This document shows, piece by piece, positions 52,401 to 63,634 of a stretch of DNA of 64,000 nucleotides. The first letter of the stretch is position 1. Every line of letters starts with the position of its first letter. The translations under genes and the position numbers were made by a program. Source of the DNA: Tubiluchus corallicola (lineage: Eukaryota; Animalia; Priapulida); contig JAQGDQ010001035.1 in the NCBI GenBank assembly GCA_030141605.1, positions 4,535-68,534 of the forward strand, written 5' to 3'. The notes beneath the pieces were generated by a model. That model was not told the origin of the DNA. It was given only the letters and a program-made list of their open reading frames with translations, and made no database searches.

Positions 52401-55400
52401 AGTTGGATTTAACCAAAGGGTATTGGCAAATACCATTGCATCCAGATTCACGCAAGCTATCGTCATTCGTTCTACCTTGGGGACAGTGGGAGTTTCTCGT
52501 GATGCCTTTTGGCTTGGTTAATGCGGCCGCAACCTGCCAAAAACTCATGGATAGACTCCTGGAAGGATCTCCTCATTTTGCGAGAGGCTACATAGATGAC
52601 ACAGTCGTTTGGAGCCCAGATTGGTCACAACATTTAGAGCATGTTGATGATATACTTTCGCGGGTATATAGGGCCAAGCTTACCATCAAGCCAAAGAAGT
52701 GTGCATTCGCTTTGAGCAAAGTCGATTTTTTAGGGCATGTGGTTGGACAAGACGTTCTGCGACCACAACCAGATAAACTGGAGCTTATTAAACATTTTCC
52801 TCGACCCAAGACAAAAAAAGAAGTTCGAAGTTTCCTCGGCTTTATTGGCTTCTATCGTTCCTTTGTTCCAGGCTTTAGTAGCATAGCCACTCCGCTGTAC
52901 GAACTTACAAAGAAGCATAGGCCCAACGATGTTGTGTGAATCTGCATTCATTCAGCTCCGGGAGGCAGTTACCTCAGATACCTTTCTAGGAGCACCAGAT
53001 TTCAGCAAAGAATTCCTCTTGACTGTAGATGCATCAACCACAGGCCTTGGAGGCATTCTGTCCCAAAAGACAGATGAAGGGAATGAGCGGGCCATAACTT
53101 ATATCAGCCGGAAATTAACTAAACCAGAGTCAAACTATGCAGTGGTGGAACTGGAACTCCTTGCAATAGTCTGGGCAGTGCAAAAACTGAGTTACTATCT
53201 TTTGGGAAGGCAGTTCGTCATCCGTTCAGACCATCAGTGCCTCACTCGGTTGCAAAGGATGAAAGGGAAGAACCGTAAGCTGGCCCGTTGGTCATTAATC
53301 CTACAGGAATACACATTCCGGATTGAGTATATCAAGGGAAAGGCCAACATCGCAGACGGTCTATCACGCAACTGGGAAGCTGATAAGCCTGACACTGCCG
53401 CGTAACCATACCCAAGAACCAAAGATAATGCAGGCGCTGATCGAAATGGAATAGCCTATGATTCCATGAGAATAATAGTCTTCAAATTAGGGGGCTGTGT
53501 AACGACCAGCTTAGCATATATCTTTGTATTTGTAACTAGATTTAGTTATTACTAACTTAACTTCGTTGTAGAATGAGATATGTTTTTCTGGCCAACGTAA
53601 ACTTTACAGTAGTATACGTAATTTAGTTTGGGCTGTATAAAATTGTTGTTTATAGCTGTTCAATGTATAAACCAGGTGTTACACTTAGGTTATGCGCATA
53701 GGTCAAATCTAGGGTAAACTCGTCGAACGGATATGCAAATAGAGGTTATCCTGCTATAGTGTTATGGAAGCCAGACTATTAGACAACCGGCTTTGGAGAT
53801 CTTTTCACAGAGATGTGTAGAGAACGACGTGGCTCTTGGCAAGAGAGACTTGCGGGCAGATATAATGCTGGACAGTTTTTTTTAACATATGTTTTGCCTC
53901 TTTGCATATAAATCGTGCAACTTTAGCTGGCTCTATCTAACGCTAATGTTTAGTGAAAGTTCCAACTACGTGTTAGTGACTATTTGGGCAGTTCTAGTAT
54001 TAAGCCCAGTTCACCATTTGTTTACGTCGAGTTACATTGTGACATCTGACGCGATAACCAAACTACCGGGCTACCAACGCAGAACGCTTCCGGGAATGAC
54101 TCCCATCTGCTTATGACTTCGCAGTTCAGCTATGCTCTAAACACCCGGGTGTTGCACACCGATGTTGTGGATCCGCCACCTTCGTCGTCGTGCTACCGCC
54201 GATAAGTATTGCTGACGTATACTTTCATTGATGCAGAGACTGTAAGTGATAAATTCTCGTTTCTTTTGTTTAACTACTAGGCCACAGCCTGTTGCTTCCT
54301 TTTGTACAACGATACTTGCTTCGACTGGCAGTGGCTGGTAAAACTAAGACGCAGTTGAAAAGTGCTGATAGCTTACATATAAACCTCGTGTGGATGGAGC
54401 TTTACTTTATGGACATACTATTAACAAACATTGGTGAACTATTAGATTATTTTCTTTCGTTAGCCAAAAGTAATTTTTGAGTATTGTTTGTAGCATCTGA
54501 AAGTATTTCCAGCCTGTAAATTTTGAGTTGTGTAGCAACACATGTTTATTGAACTGGTACCCGGGTACAAATTAACTGCTGTCATTTGGTTTGAACTAAT
54601 TTTATATTATCAACATTTATGAATATTAAAGGCTTATCTTATCATAAAAACTGCATAAAATTAGTTTCACGTTTTGTATTCAAGAAATAATTGAGTAAAA
54701 ACTGAGTAGTATGACACACGCTACCAAACAATAAGAGCGCTGATTGCTCATACTTGATTGTGAGATCCGCCCCACATTACACTGATGTGTGCTATGTTGT
54801 GGAAGACCAACATCGTAGAGACTTCTGGTAATTCTTGTGAGTTACTGATGGTTGCTATGTTGTGGAACACCAACATCGTAGAGACTTGTGGTAATTCTTG
54901 TGAGTTACTGATGGGTGCTATGTTGTGGAAGACCAACATCGTAGAGACTTGTGGTAATTCTTGTGAGTTACTGATGGTTGCTGTGTTGTGGAACACCAAC
55001 ATCGTAGAGACTTCTAGGGCCTTTCACATTTTCTTTTAATTTACCACCAGTTTTCCTTCCTACAACCCTGAGATTTTGAAAAACATTGTCAGATACTGTT
55101 TGCAAAGTTTTGAAATGGATTTTAAAAGTTGCCATTCTGCCTTTTTAATAAGACAATCATTGCTTTCACATGTCTAGTAGTGATAGCACAACACTTCTTT
55201 GAAAAAAGTGAAAGTGAGCTTTCTTACTTAAAGATGATATGCTGAAACTGCATTAGAAAATCCACATAAAATCGCTGCTTCTGCAGTCGCAAGGATATTT
55301 GTCCTGTCCAGAGACGTGTTTGTTTTAAATACTTTACGAATATTTCCCTGAGTTGAGATGTAAAGTCGGGTCTTCACGCGACAGAACCAATGCGAGGTGC

Positions 55401-57687
55401 AACTTAGATGAAGATGAATCTGTCTAAAGTTCCAGTAAAATTGTAATGTAAAATTGTAACTTGTAATGTCAGTTAAGAATAGTTCACTTTTGTAAGAAAA
55501 ACATAACCTTTTGCAGTCAATTCAATTTTAATTTATTTATTTCTTTATAGTGCTACAATAAAACATGATTAATAAAAGAATCTCTAATAAGTTTTGAAGA
55601 AATGTATAGATATGTCTAGAACTAGAGAAAGGATAGCAAAAAGACTATATAGTCACCTAGTCTGCTATCCTTTATTAGTCACCAATATAATTCTATCAAT
55701 TTAAATGCAGTGCTATTCTACCACATTTCCATACATGCCACCACAATGTTTTGGTTAAATCAAAAATCTATTCATTTGTGATTGTTTAATCATTTTACAT
55801 TTACCCATTTTATTTGGATTATTTATTTCATTTTGCCGCTACAAACTTCTGACATGTGTCTTCTCCGGTTATAGCTGTTTATATTTTTGGATATCTGTCT
55901 CTTTCGGTCGTTTATCACTTGTAATATTGTTGGCATCCTTCTGTCTCGGAAGACAATGGAATGTGCGCCTAGAGAGTCAGTTATTGATCACATTGATGGA
56001 GCTGCAGCGTCGACTGTGGCTGAGCAGTGCGATCCTTGAACCACTGGAGTGGCCTCTCCAGGGTGCACGCCTGGGCAAGGTGTATGGAGATCCTGAGTTG
56101 CTCAGACAACAGGAACCCCCTCTCTTCCTTCCTGGTGTATAGTCGGATCTCGGTGCCAAAAGAAAACGGTGCGATACATTTGGCACCAGGTTGGCTGCAG
56201 GAGCTGCCGGAGTCAGTGAGCATGCTGTACTGGTCCGCCTTTGGGGCTCCACTCCTGATTTGGAAGGTTTACTCCTCTACACATGGCCGTTGGGTTGCTT
56301 GACCTCCTCCGCCCTCTAGCTGTTAGCTGCTTGTGCAGCTCCTCCGCCTAGTGTCGAGATACAGTGTGGACATCCCGCAAGCCTACAGCACCTGGTATTC
56401 CTAGGAGGTCACCCATCCAGTTACTAACCAGGCTCTTCGTTGCTTAACTTCGGTGATCAGACGAGAACCGGTGTTTTCAACGTGAATTGGCCGTAGTTTG
56501 TAATATAGTAAGTGCATATAAGTAAGAAGCATTCATACTTTTTTATAGGAACACGAAAGGAGTTTGTTTTGCCTGACAGAAGTAAATACGTCAACATGGA
56601 AAAACATTTTCTGAAGTCCTACATGGATTTAGTAATAAATACGTGTCATGGCCGTCGGACTTTGGCAACGGGTGGCATGTCGCCCTTCCTTCTGCCAAAT
56701 AAGGATTGCAGCAGTCCTGAGTGAGTTGTTTCTTAAAATTATTGGAATTGAAGTTCAGATGAAAGCAGCTGATAGCTCTGAAAAGTTTTTAACCTCTTTT
56801 TTTTATTATTTATTCCCAAAAATGTCAATTGATCAACAAGTGAGCAGCAACATTTTATAGTCACTTTGAGTTACCAAAACTTACTACTGTTTGACATTAT
56901 AGTTCTTCGAATGTATTGGATTTAGACGTTTCGCCAAAGAATTTTAATTCAGTTTTAAGGTTTTTTTTGCTAAATTGCGAGTGGTTTTGATTTCTTCCTT
57001 TTAATGTAGCTGTAAGTAATGCAGGTTATATGCAGAATTTCAAAAGCACATTATTAAATCACAAAACAACATTGTATTTCTAAATCCTAGTTTCCTGCTA
57101 ATAATAATACATAAAGTTCTTTTTTATACACCTCGCATACAAAACCAGAATAGAACATTCAACAGCAAGGTCTAGTCAACACCAGATGTTTGTGACCGGA
57201 ACTGGACTAACTGTTGAAGGTAATACTCTAAATGATCCACTGAACCAACAGAGGTTTCTAAGCCATGTTTGGGTTATATACATCATGAATCAGTCTGATG
57301 CATGAACTCAGGTTGTCAAGATTCGTTCACATGAAGTATACATGCAAAATCTCTCTACTATAAACCTGCCGCAAAAGTCATTTGACTTGTAACTATGGTC
57401 TAAGTTATTGTTTTTTTACTTTTATTTTTACTACTAGGAGATACATTTCAGTTAATTGTGTGGTAAAGAAATGGTACAATGTTTGTGTAATAAATTTATC
57501 CGTCATAAATAAAAATATGCTGTTAAAAAAAGCACATTTCAAAACGATAATTTGAATAAATATTTAATAATTTTACAGGCACCATGCGGCTATTCGTAAA
57601 GTGCGTGCGGACAAACTGAGAGAGATCCGTGCGGGGGTGGACGGATTCATGGTGTTCGATCTGGGATTAGTTGAACCAATGCAAGAG
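37453..57687 (+). CDS. Malate synthase (animal type), first 375 aa in 9 exons; C-terminal exons not found in window
   Basis: Exons 37453-37584, 38246-38461, 39487-39577, 42081-42157, 43412-43522, 44275-44334, 46426-46582, 56549-56720, 57579-57687; all AG/GT, phase compatible. Motifs [57 protein letters not shown]...[41 protein letters not shown]. Confidence 0.93.
37918..38072. mobile_element. Truncated copy of the hAT-like MITE at 40435
   Basis: TAGGGGGTGAGCATCGAA... shared with 40435-40590; followed by a reversed 5S 5'-end fragment (~38083-38115). Confidence 0.65.
39808..40146. repeat. 120-bp tandem repeat, ~3 copies
   Basis: TACTCCATTATTTTATTCG at 39808, 39928, 40048. Confidence 0.9.
40435..40816. 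mobile_element. hAT-like MITE
   Basis: TAGGGGGTGAGCAT...ATGCTCGTCTCTA; 8-bp near-TSD GCCTTAAC / GCCTTGAC; TTCGA-rich subtermini. Confidence 0.75.
41071..42887. repeat. ~420-bp direct duplication (41071-41490 and 42469-42887) flanking malate synthase exon 4
   Basis: ORFs 41053+ and 42478+ are near-identical. Confidence 0.9.
44774..45966. mobile_element. hAT-like MITE with internal 31-bp minisatellite (~44850-45640)
   Basis: Perfect 8-bp TSD CTTCCACA (44766-44773, 45967-45974); ends TACTGACGGGA / TCCCATCACTA; unit TCGATAAACGATAAGGATTTACGATACGATT. Confidence 0.85.
46643..47106. repeat. 63-bp minisatellite, left part
   Basis: 21-aa periodicity ([21 protein letters not shown]) in ORF track; interrupted by LTR element. 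Confidence 0.92.
47107..48388 (+). repeat. 5' LTR
   Basis: Direct repeat of 53498-54781, TG...CA ends. Confidence 0.95.
48390..48407 (+). other. Primer-binding site complementary to tRNA-Leu 3' end
   Basis: TGGTGGCAGCGGTGGGAT is the reverse complement of ATCCCACCGCTGCCA-CCA, the 3' end of animal tRNA-Leu(AAG/TAG). Confidence 0.85.
48536..52939 (+). CDS. Gag-Pol polyprotein: SCAN-like capsid, CCHC knuckle, protease, integrase, RT; frameshifted before RNase H
   Basis: [14 protein letters not shown]; RDTGA; H..H..CPIC + MDYIGP / TDQG / ERYNQTLK; WKGPY; [18 protein letters not shown]. Confidence 0.93.
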   Translation: MEGYIELTRPQLELLSPEALRGIAHSRNLVHERRNCEQLISSILHSQTIRRPPALDPKMMESGSITGYQPGAKSEDGAHKLDEVTQSSHVEEEDPVQQLADKSPPPELDIMAGDPDPLCMDPLPRGKRQPAHVNAGQLPDVDLTQYAGFDAERLAMLLEFQRERMKHESEERAKERQHTLQLHKMSLSFESEMAATSESRHPRCTTANTQEGAIEDRSTPRHESLKIKYFGEGSQEPDLAEYFSYLERCLVVNRIPKKDWPCVLSRALAGHTKALRAYNCVPQGDLQDYDKIKECVLSFFSLTPDYYRQTFRKVTRGVDECYRAYFTRVKNAGDLWLQAANVQTLEQAKDLFYLEQALSRVPPQIARWVRRNNITGFDDVAIKCDYYAYSEGLDLDKQSHYSSRGKPMKQHRSSKNNKPVDEPREAESLQKSARCFNCGGYGHYAASCPRAKHPPKANMPMARTNAIRGQIQYTELSSTDGITYGKDEPYCFPARINGYKVDVQRDTGANVNCIHRRYVNVEQLVPGRTVDILCGHGDRRPCEVARLPIESQAVTGELEFVVQDKLPSDCLLGNNYMETFIPKSMVGKRLPNDVSQREDHCTNSSTQTSSSQLKKPKTRKITKKPSNARPTIANVAEVANSGDQYSQDRDIDADVKTQVMTRTQVKKLQEEDQHEVAPEDELNSVLDEKPFCAGEDRDKLRQQQQGCVTLKPLFDSVIPEEEAVQLGKGYYIKDGLLLLFLRRAKDKEGKSLIVLPKERRAEVLKMAHDNKLAAHFGIQKTTQKVLSMFFWPQVHSDIRAYVRSCPICQKCSKRRTADRVKLRPISVDQLPFQKVSMDYIGPLARTKSGNKYALVITDYCTRYPEVYPTKSQMAECTVKALLCYIATYGVPMEIVTDQGPAFVSQVLQDLEAVLGTRGILATPYHPQTSGLTERYNQTLKTSIRKLQMSAGSWEWDELIPLVLFAYRDCPQSSTLYSPFEMVYGFPIRGPLAMLRERFDLQRPKQLTDVHTFVQELMDRMEQVTNEAHESLREAQLAQKKWYDQKARERSLEVGSKVLVLLPKSTKKLQRVWKGPYQVLEKVSDQVYKIAFRGKKHRQKCFHINLLRPWVERTEGHVMLSIATPGKGNETYQEGEVQEHMFPPVTQQTQSVDDISIPDHLSKTQKQQLMHILRKHADVFSDVPGCTDLIQHEIFVPKDYKPIRQAPYRVPKAQEEALRREVDEMIKLGIIQKSDSSTTSPVVVVPKKDGTIRCCVNYIKLNEVTTFDPYPIPNMQELLSNMHGAKYMTKLDLTKGYWQIPLHPDSRKLSSFVLPWGQWEFLVMPFGLVNAAATCQKLMDRLLEGSPHFARGYIDDTVVWSPDWSQHLEHVDDILSRVYRAKLTIKPKKCAFALSKVDFLGHVVGQDVLRPQPDKLELIKHFPRPKTKKEVRSFLGFIGFYRSFVPGFSSIATPLYELTKKHRPNDVV
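52929..53405 (+). pseudogene. RNase H portion of pol, out of frame with upstream ORF
   Basis: [32 protein letters not shown]. Confidence 0.88.
53498..54781 (+). repeat. 3' LTR
   Basis: Direct repeat of 47107-48388. Confidence 0.95.
54782..55015. repeat. 63-bp minisatellite, right part
   Basis: Same unit as 46643-47106, resumes in register after the TSD. Confidence 0.92.
55928..56497 (-). mobile_element. 5S rRNA-derived SINE, full length, long subfamily
   Basis: Near-complete 5S-like head; 9-bp TSD TTGTAATAT at 55919-55927 and 56498-56506. Confidence 0.92.
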
Positions 57688-57770
57688 GTAAGTGCCGTTT
57701 TACTAGTAATGCACAAACGTTTGTCGCATAAAATACATTCTATAAGTCCAAATGATGCTAATAATTTCCT

Positions 57771-58000
57771 AATAATGATGATGATGATGATGGCGATGAC
57801 TACGATAATGATGAAGATGATGATGGTGGTGATGATGATGATGTTGATAATGATGATGATGATGATGGTGATGACTACGATGATGATGATGATTATGATG
57901 TTGATAATGATGATGACGACAATGATGATGACGACGATGATGATGATGATGATAATGATGACAACAACAATGATGATGATGATGATAGCGACGACTACGA
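57771..58000. repeat. (ATG)n microsatellite
   Basis: Directly visible. Confidence 0.92.
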
Positions 58001-59044
58001 TAACTCCAGGAGGTCTCCCGGAGGTGCAAAATTTTTCTAATTTAGACGTATCGCTTTTGAGCGTCTATCCGATTGAGTTGTAGTAACACAGAAAAACCGA
58101 TTGAAAAGAACAAAAGAAGAACCGTAGTCAATTCGAAAGCAGGAAGCGTTCATTTAAAAGATTTATTCATTTGAGTTAAACAGTTACCAATTGACATAGC
58201 AGTCTCAATTACAACTGACATAGTAAATTACAATATGTTGGCAAAGGAGTTACACAACCCGTACTACCTAGCATTGCAACCACGAAAATTATTATCATGG
58301 CATCTTACATGCTAACTAGTTTTTTGAAGGAGCAAATATTGGGTAGTGTTTTTCATTGCTTAGGATTCATAACGCTGACATGTCACCTCAGTCAAACTGT
58401 TTGGATATTAAATTTTTGTAGCAATTCATGGCAGTTCATTGAACAAAATAACCAGTCTTACACACAAATCACAAAAAATACATCAGTAGTCCATGTTTGC
58501 ATCATGCAATTTTTAGTTAACCTAAAATCTAATATTTTTAGGCATTTAGGTATTTTAACCAAGCAGAATTTGAGCAAAACTGCAGTTATTTAACTAGAGC
58601 TGATATATTTGTTATTCTGTTATCCACTCTTATAGTATAAGAAAAGAGAAATTTAAGTTTATACTAGGCAGTGTATCATGGACTTATTTATTGTGTTATG
58701 CAATAAAAACTTATTTGAAGCATTCATTAATTTATAGTTGAATAACGTTGTAAACAGAATCAATGGTAAATTTTAGGCCCATCTAATCATATAGTGTACT
58801 CATTCTACTGCACTATTAAATCTATAATTTCACCTTTTGATTCTAATGATGATAAATAAACTTATTATTATTAAACAATTAACATTATTAACTACTTAAC
58901 TTATTATACTTGTACTGATTTTTTTGTATAATAATAGTGTTGGACATTGTTATTTTGGTTTTTTTTATTTCACAGCAGCGCTAAACGTCCTGACCTGCAT
59001 GCTAAAACCTTATACAGTGTATTTGTTTATGTATTCGTGTGAAG

Positions 59045-59412
59045 ATCATCATCATTATTATCATCACCATTGGCATTGTCATCATTACCATCATCATCAT
59101 CATCATCATTGTCGTCATCATCATTATCATCATCATTGTCGTCGTCATCATCATCATCATTATCATCACCATTGTCATTGTCATCGTTACCATCATCATC
59201 ATCATCATCATTGTCGTCATCATCATTTCATCATTATCATCGTTATCATCATCATCATTGTAGTCGCCGCTATCATCATCATCATCATTGTCGTTGTTGT
59301 CATCATCATCATCGTCATCATCATCATTGTCGTCGTCATCATTATCACCATTATCATCATCATTATCATCATCATCATAGTCGTCGCCATCATCATCATC
59401 ATCATCATCATT
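59045..59412. repeat. (CAT)n microsatellite
   Basis: Directly visible. Confidence 0.92.
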
Positions 59413-60008
59413 ACGTATACAGCATCATTTGGATTTACAGAATGTATTTTTCCTACATACAATTTAAAAAATAATGAGAAATCTTGCAGCTCCAAGTTAC
59501 AGTCCTTATTCAACTTGTGAAATTTTTGTGATACAAAATTTTGCGCAAAATGATTCAGAGGTGCATATGTGATGGCAGTTACGAGCACGCAGACATTTTA
59601 CTAGTATTTATATACACACACTTACAGTCAACTTAACAAACAAGTTCAAACAACACTGTACTTACTACAAGCAAGTTTGAAACCTGGTGAAATTTCACTG
59701 AAATTTAGCAGTATTATAGCTGCTTTCATCGAACTTTTTACACAACATTAGATTGTTTAAATTGCAAGTAATCAGCATGGCGATTAGCAACTACTTTTCT
59801 AAGCATCTGACTAATACATTCTAGCTACGTGTGGCTGTATGGCACAGATAACTAATCAGGTCATATAATCTTGCATATAAACACTATGAATCCACCTTGA
59901 CTCGTTTTTTTTCAATTAATACAAAATATAACGCTTATAATTTTCCTGTAAAAACAGCAAACACTGGCTGATTTTTTTACAAGGCAATTTCTGGCATCTC
60001 ATTTTCGC

Positions 60009-62236
60009 TCAGTAATCATCATCATCATCGTCGTAGCTCTTGTAAGGGCTTCCAAAAATCGGATCAACCAGCACCTGATCGCAAGGTGTTGACGATGGAT
60101 CACGAGTCACCTGAAAGGTGTATTGGCTTCCGCCCTCTTCTTCGCTACCAAAGAAGCCAACTTCTCCTGCTTTAGTGCACCATACTCCCAGCACCGGACC
60201 TTGGGTGGTGCATCTGTAAAAACGAGAATTTGTTAATGACCTTTTCTCCTAATACGGAACTCGATGTAGAATATTTCTCTTTCAAAAACTTTCGAGTTGT
60301 TGACGAGCATCACTAGTGATGTATCTTGATGTATTATGTAGAAAATCTGTCTTAAGTTTAATGAAAGGATTTGATACTAGTGATAATTTAATGTGCCAGA
60401 AAATTTTAGTAAGCGATGCTAAATTTACATCGCACACAAGACAGCAATGGTGGAGACTATTATTGTAATTTTCATGTTTATCTAAGTTTGTGTGTGATTT
60501 GTTTGTATTGTTTTTTGATTTTTATGATGATGTATGTTGTATATATGTAAATTATAATATGAACTTATGTTTGAAATAAAGAATTGAATCAAATGAAATC
60601 AAATCAAACTGCAGTGCTTCAAAAGTAGCGTGCCTCCGTAGTGTGGTGGTTACTGCAATGATACTGCAATAAAACTTGAAGTGAAGTGGTATTTTTCTTT
60701 GTTGATTGGAGTGATACTGATGCCCAGATGTAGATACTAATTAACCATTGTTAATTAACATACCTTTGTGTTTAGTACTTTACCTGCTTTGACAGTAACT
60801 AGCTAATCATTGCTAATGATTCTTCAGCATGCTTCTATTAATGCTCTATCCTGTAAAGCCATTTTAGTCGCATTCTTAGGCTGCTAATGTAACTACTGCG
60901 CTGTCATGCTGAAGGTCCTGTTAACCCCGGAAACCAGCTGAAGCATATCCTGACTGCTATATTACTCTGCTAACATTTACATAATGAATCTTTATAGCAC
61001 CATTATAGCTAGACTGGTTTTCACATTATTTATTCACGACCTTGTATGTCGCGTATTATTAATACGCTTTATCTCTGTCAGTCACTAAATTCAATTCAAT
61101 TCAAATTCTTTTACCTGCAGTAATCATCGCGACCATCACCGTCCATGTCTCTCATGAACCATGTTCCAGGAATGCCGGTATCAAAACCCTCCCCCGATGT
61201 GTAGTAATTCTCACTGTGCCATCCGTGACCTCCCAGAGCACAAGATAGCACCAGCATCCGGTTACGTACTATTATTCTGCGATGAAACGTGATGGTTAGT
61301 AATTGGATCACCAACAGACAGATGCATTGAAGTTTAATAATGGTACCAAATTCAATTTAGAAAGTTTTAATTTGAAGCTTAAGATTGAAGTTTAATCTTC
61401 AATGCAAATAATGGTACCAAATTCAAATTAAGAAGGCCTTGATATTTTTTAATAGTTAAGCATAATTTTGATAGTGATATTTATTGATGGCAATGTCAAA
61501 AGATATGAAGTTATTATGAACAATATTAATGTTCATTTTCAAGTGAATTTGACTTTGCACAACAATAATTTAAATTACAGCTATCCCTCCTGAAAATTCT
61601 GCATATTTTAGTGAAGGTAGAAATTTACTACATCTCGAAGTTTACGTGACGGCATTCAGACAAGGTAAAGACGCTTCTGTGCATCCAGTGCCTCACCGTA
61701 AAAGATTATCCTTGATAACGAGATAGAACCAATTACGTTGAGTGGACTTGCCATTCAGAACTTGATTAGAGTTTGTTTCCCAATCTCTCGAAAAAAATTC
61801 TTCGAAAGGCAGAAGAAAAGTAATGGGCGAAAGATTAGCTGTTTTTTAGTATAATACCTAATTAAAAAATTGTTAAAAATTGATATGATTAATACACAAT
61901 ATTTTTTTTATTTCTAAAGCTAACAACATACCACATTTCTCATCTTTCTTTAAATGTTCTGCCTGTTTATACAGTTTTCTGAAGGACTGTACCTGTTGCT
62001 TCTAGACTAAAGGTTAATGAAGTAGGTACCTACCTGCAGTAGTCATTTGCCATTCCACGACTCTGCACATCCACCCAACCTGCAAAGTAACCACGCAGTC
62101 CGTTGTCTGTGATGAACAATCTTCTTTGAAGGAAGCCAGCACATGGTCTTGCGTTTGCAGAATCTTCGGGTGTTGATGATTCATGACCTTCTGTCACGTC
62201 CTCAACTTCCATTGCTTCCGTAGAACTTTCTATCAT
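60009..62236 (-). CDS. Uncharacterised Cys-containing protein with FG-GAP/VCBS-like DxxGDGxDDYCR repeats (3' exons; 5' end uncertain)
   Basis: Exons ~62230-62034, 61276-61115, 60213-60009, joined by two phase-2 GT-AG introns splitting the R of YCR: ...GWVDVQSRGMANDYCR|IIVRNRMLVLSCALGG...WFMRDMDGDGRDDYCR|CTTQGP...YDDDDDDY*; ACTAAC branch point before exon 61276. Confidence 0.75.
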
Positions 62237-62609
62237 AGTTGTGACAGCATCATCATACGCAATGGTTAAATTATTATTTAAAGATAGTCACGTGTGTCTC
62301 TTCTTTCCCATTATTGAACATTATTTTATTATAAACTAACACATTCGTATAATAATTCAATTTTAATTCGTCTTAAATGCAAAATCTGATCATTTTAATT
62401 ACCTGGTACATGCGCATTAACTAATTAATTATATTAGTAACAATCCCGAGAGGGTGGCTGACCTCCATAACTTATAGTTCTTTCGCCACCCTTTCACCAC
62501 TAATCAATAATTACTTTTGCACTTTGTAATATTATTGTATGTTGTACAGATTTATAAATCACTTAGTTATGCATTTTGTTATTTTAAAAATGGTGATAAA
62601 CTAATAAAC

Positions 62610-63449
<840 letters not shown>

Positions 63450-63450
<1 letters not shown>

Positions 63451-63634
63451 CATCGTTGTTAGTTGTATAACTTGCGACAGCCATATGTTCTTCTTCGTCA
63501 GAATTTACATCCTCGTCATCAGATTCGTTGTCATCTTCATCAGATTTTGCATTCTCATCATCATCATCGTCACCAGTGGTCATCCACCTGACGAATCTGT
63601 CACCTATTGAAGCCATTTCAAAATCAATCTTCAT
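63450..63634 (-). CDS. Possible acidic exon (MKIDFEMASIGDRFVRWMTTGDDDD...NNDG), candidate upstream exon of the 60009-62236 gene
   Basis: Ends GATG|GTAAGT; frame also open in duplicate at 20365; no homology recognised. Confidence 0.35.

Larger units (their letters stand above)
47107..54781 (+). mobile_element. Full-length Ty3/Gypsy LTR retrotransposon, Gmr1-like (PR-INT-RT-RH order)
   Basis: LTRs 47107-48388 and 53498-54781 (TGTAAC...TTACA), 5-bp TSD CTGAT (47102-47106, 54782-54786), PBS, purine run before 3' LTR, gag-pol ORF. Confidence 0.96.

Noticed and set aside
57601-59588. Poly-Met/His/Ile/Ser ORFs
   Set aside because: (ATG)/(CAT) microsatellites; only 57579-57687 is a real exon.
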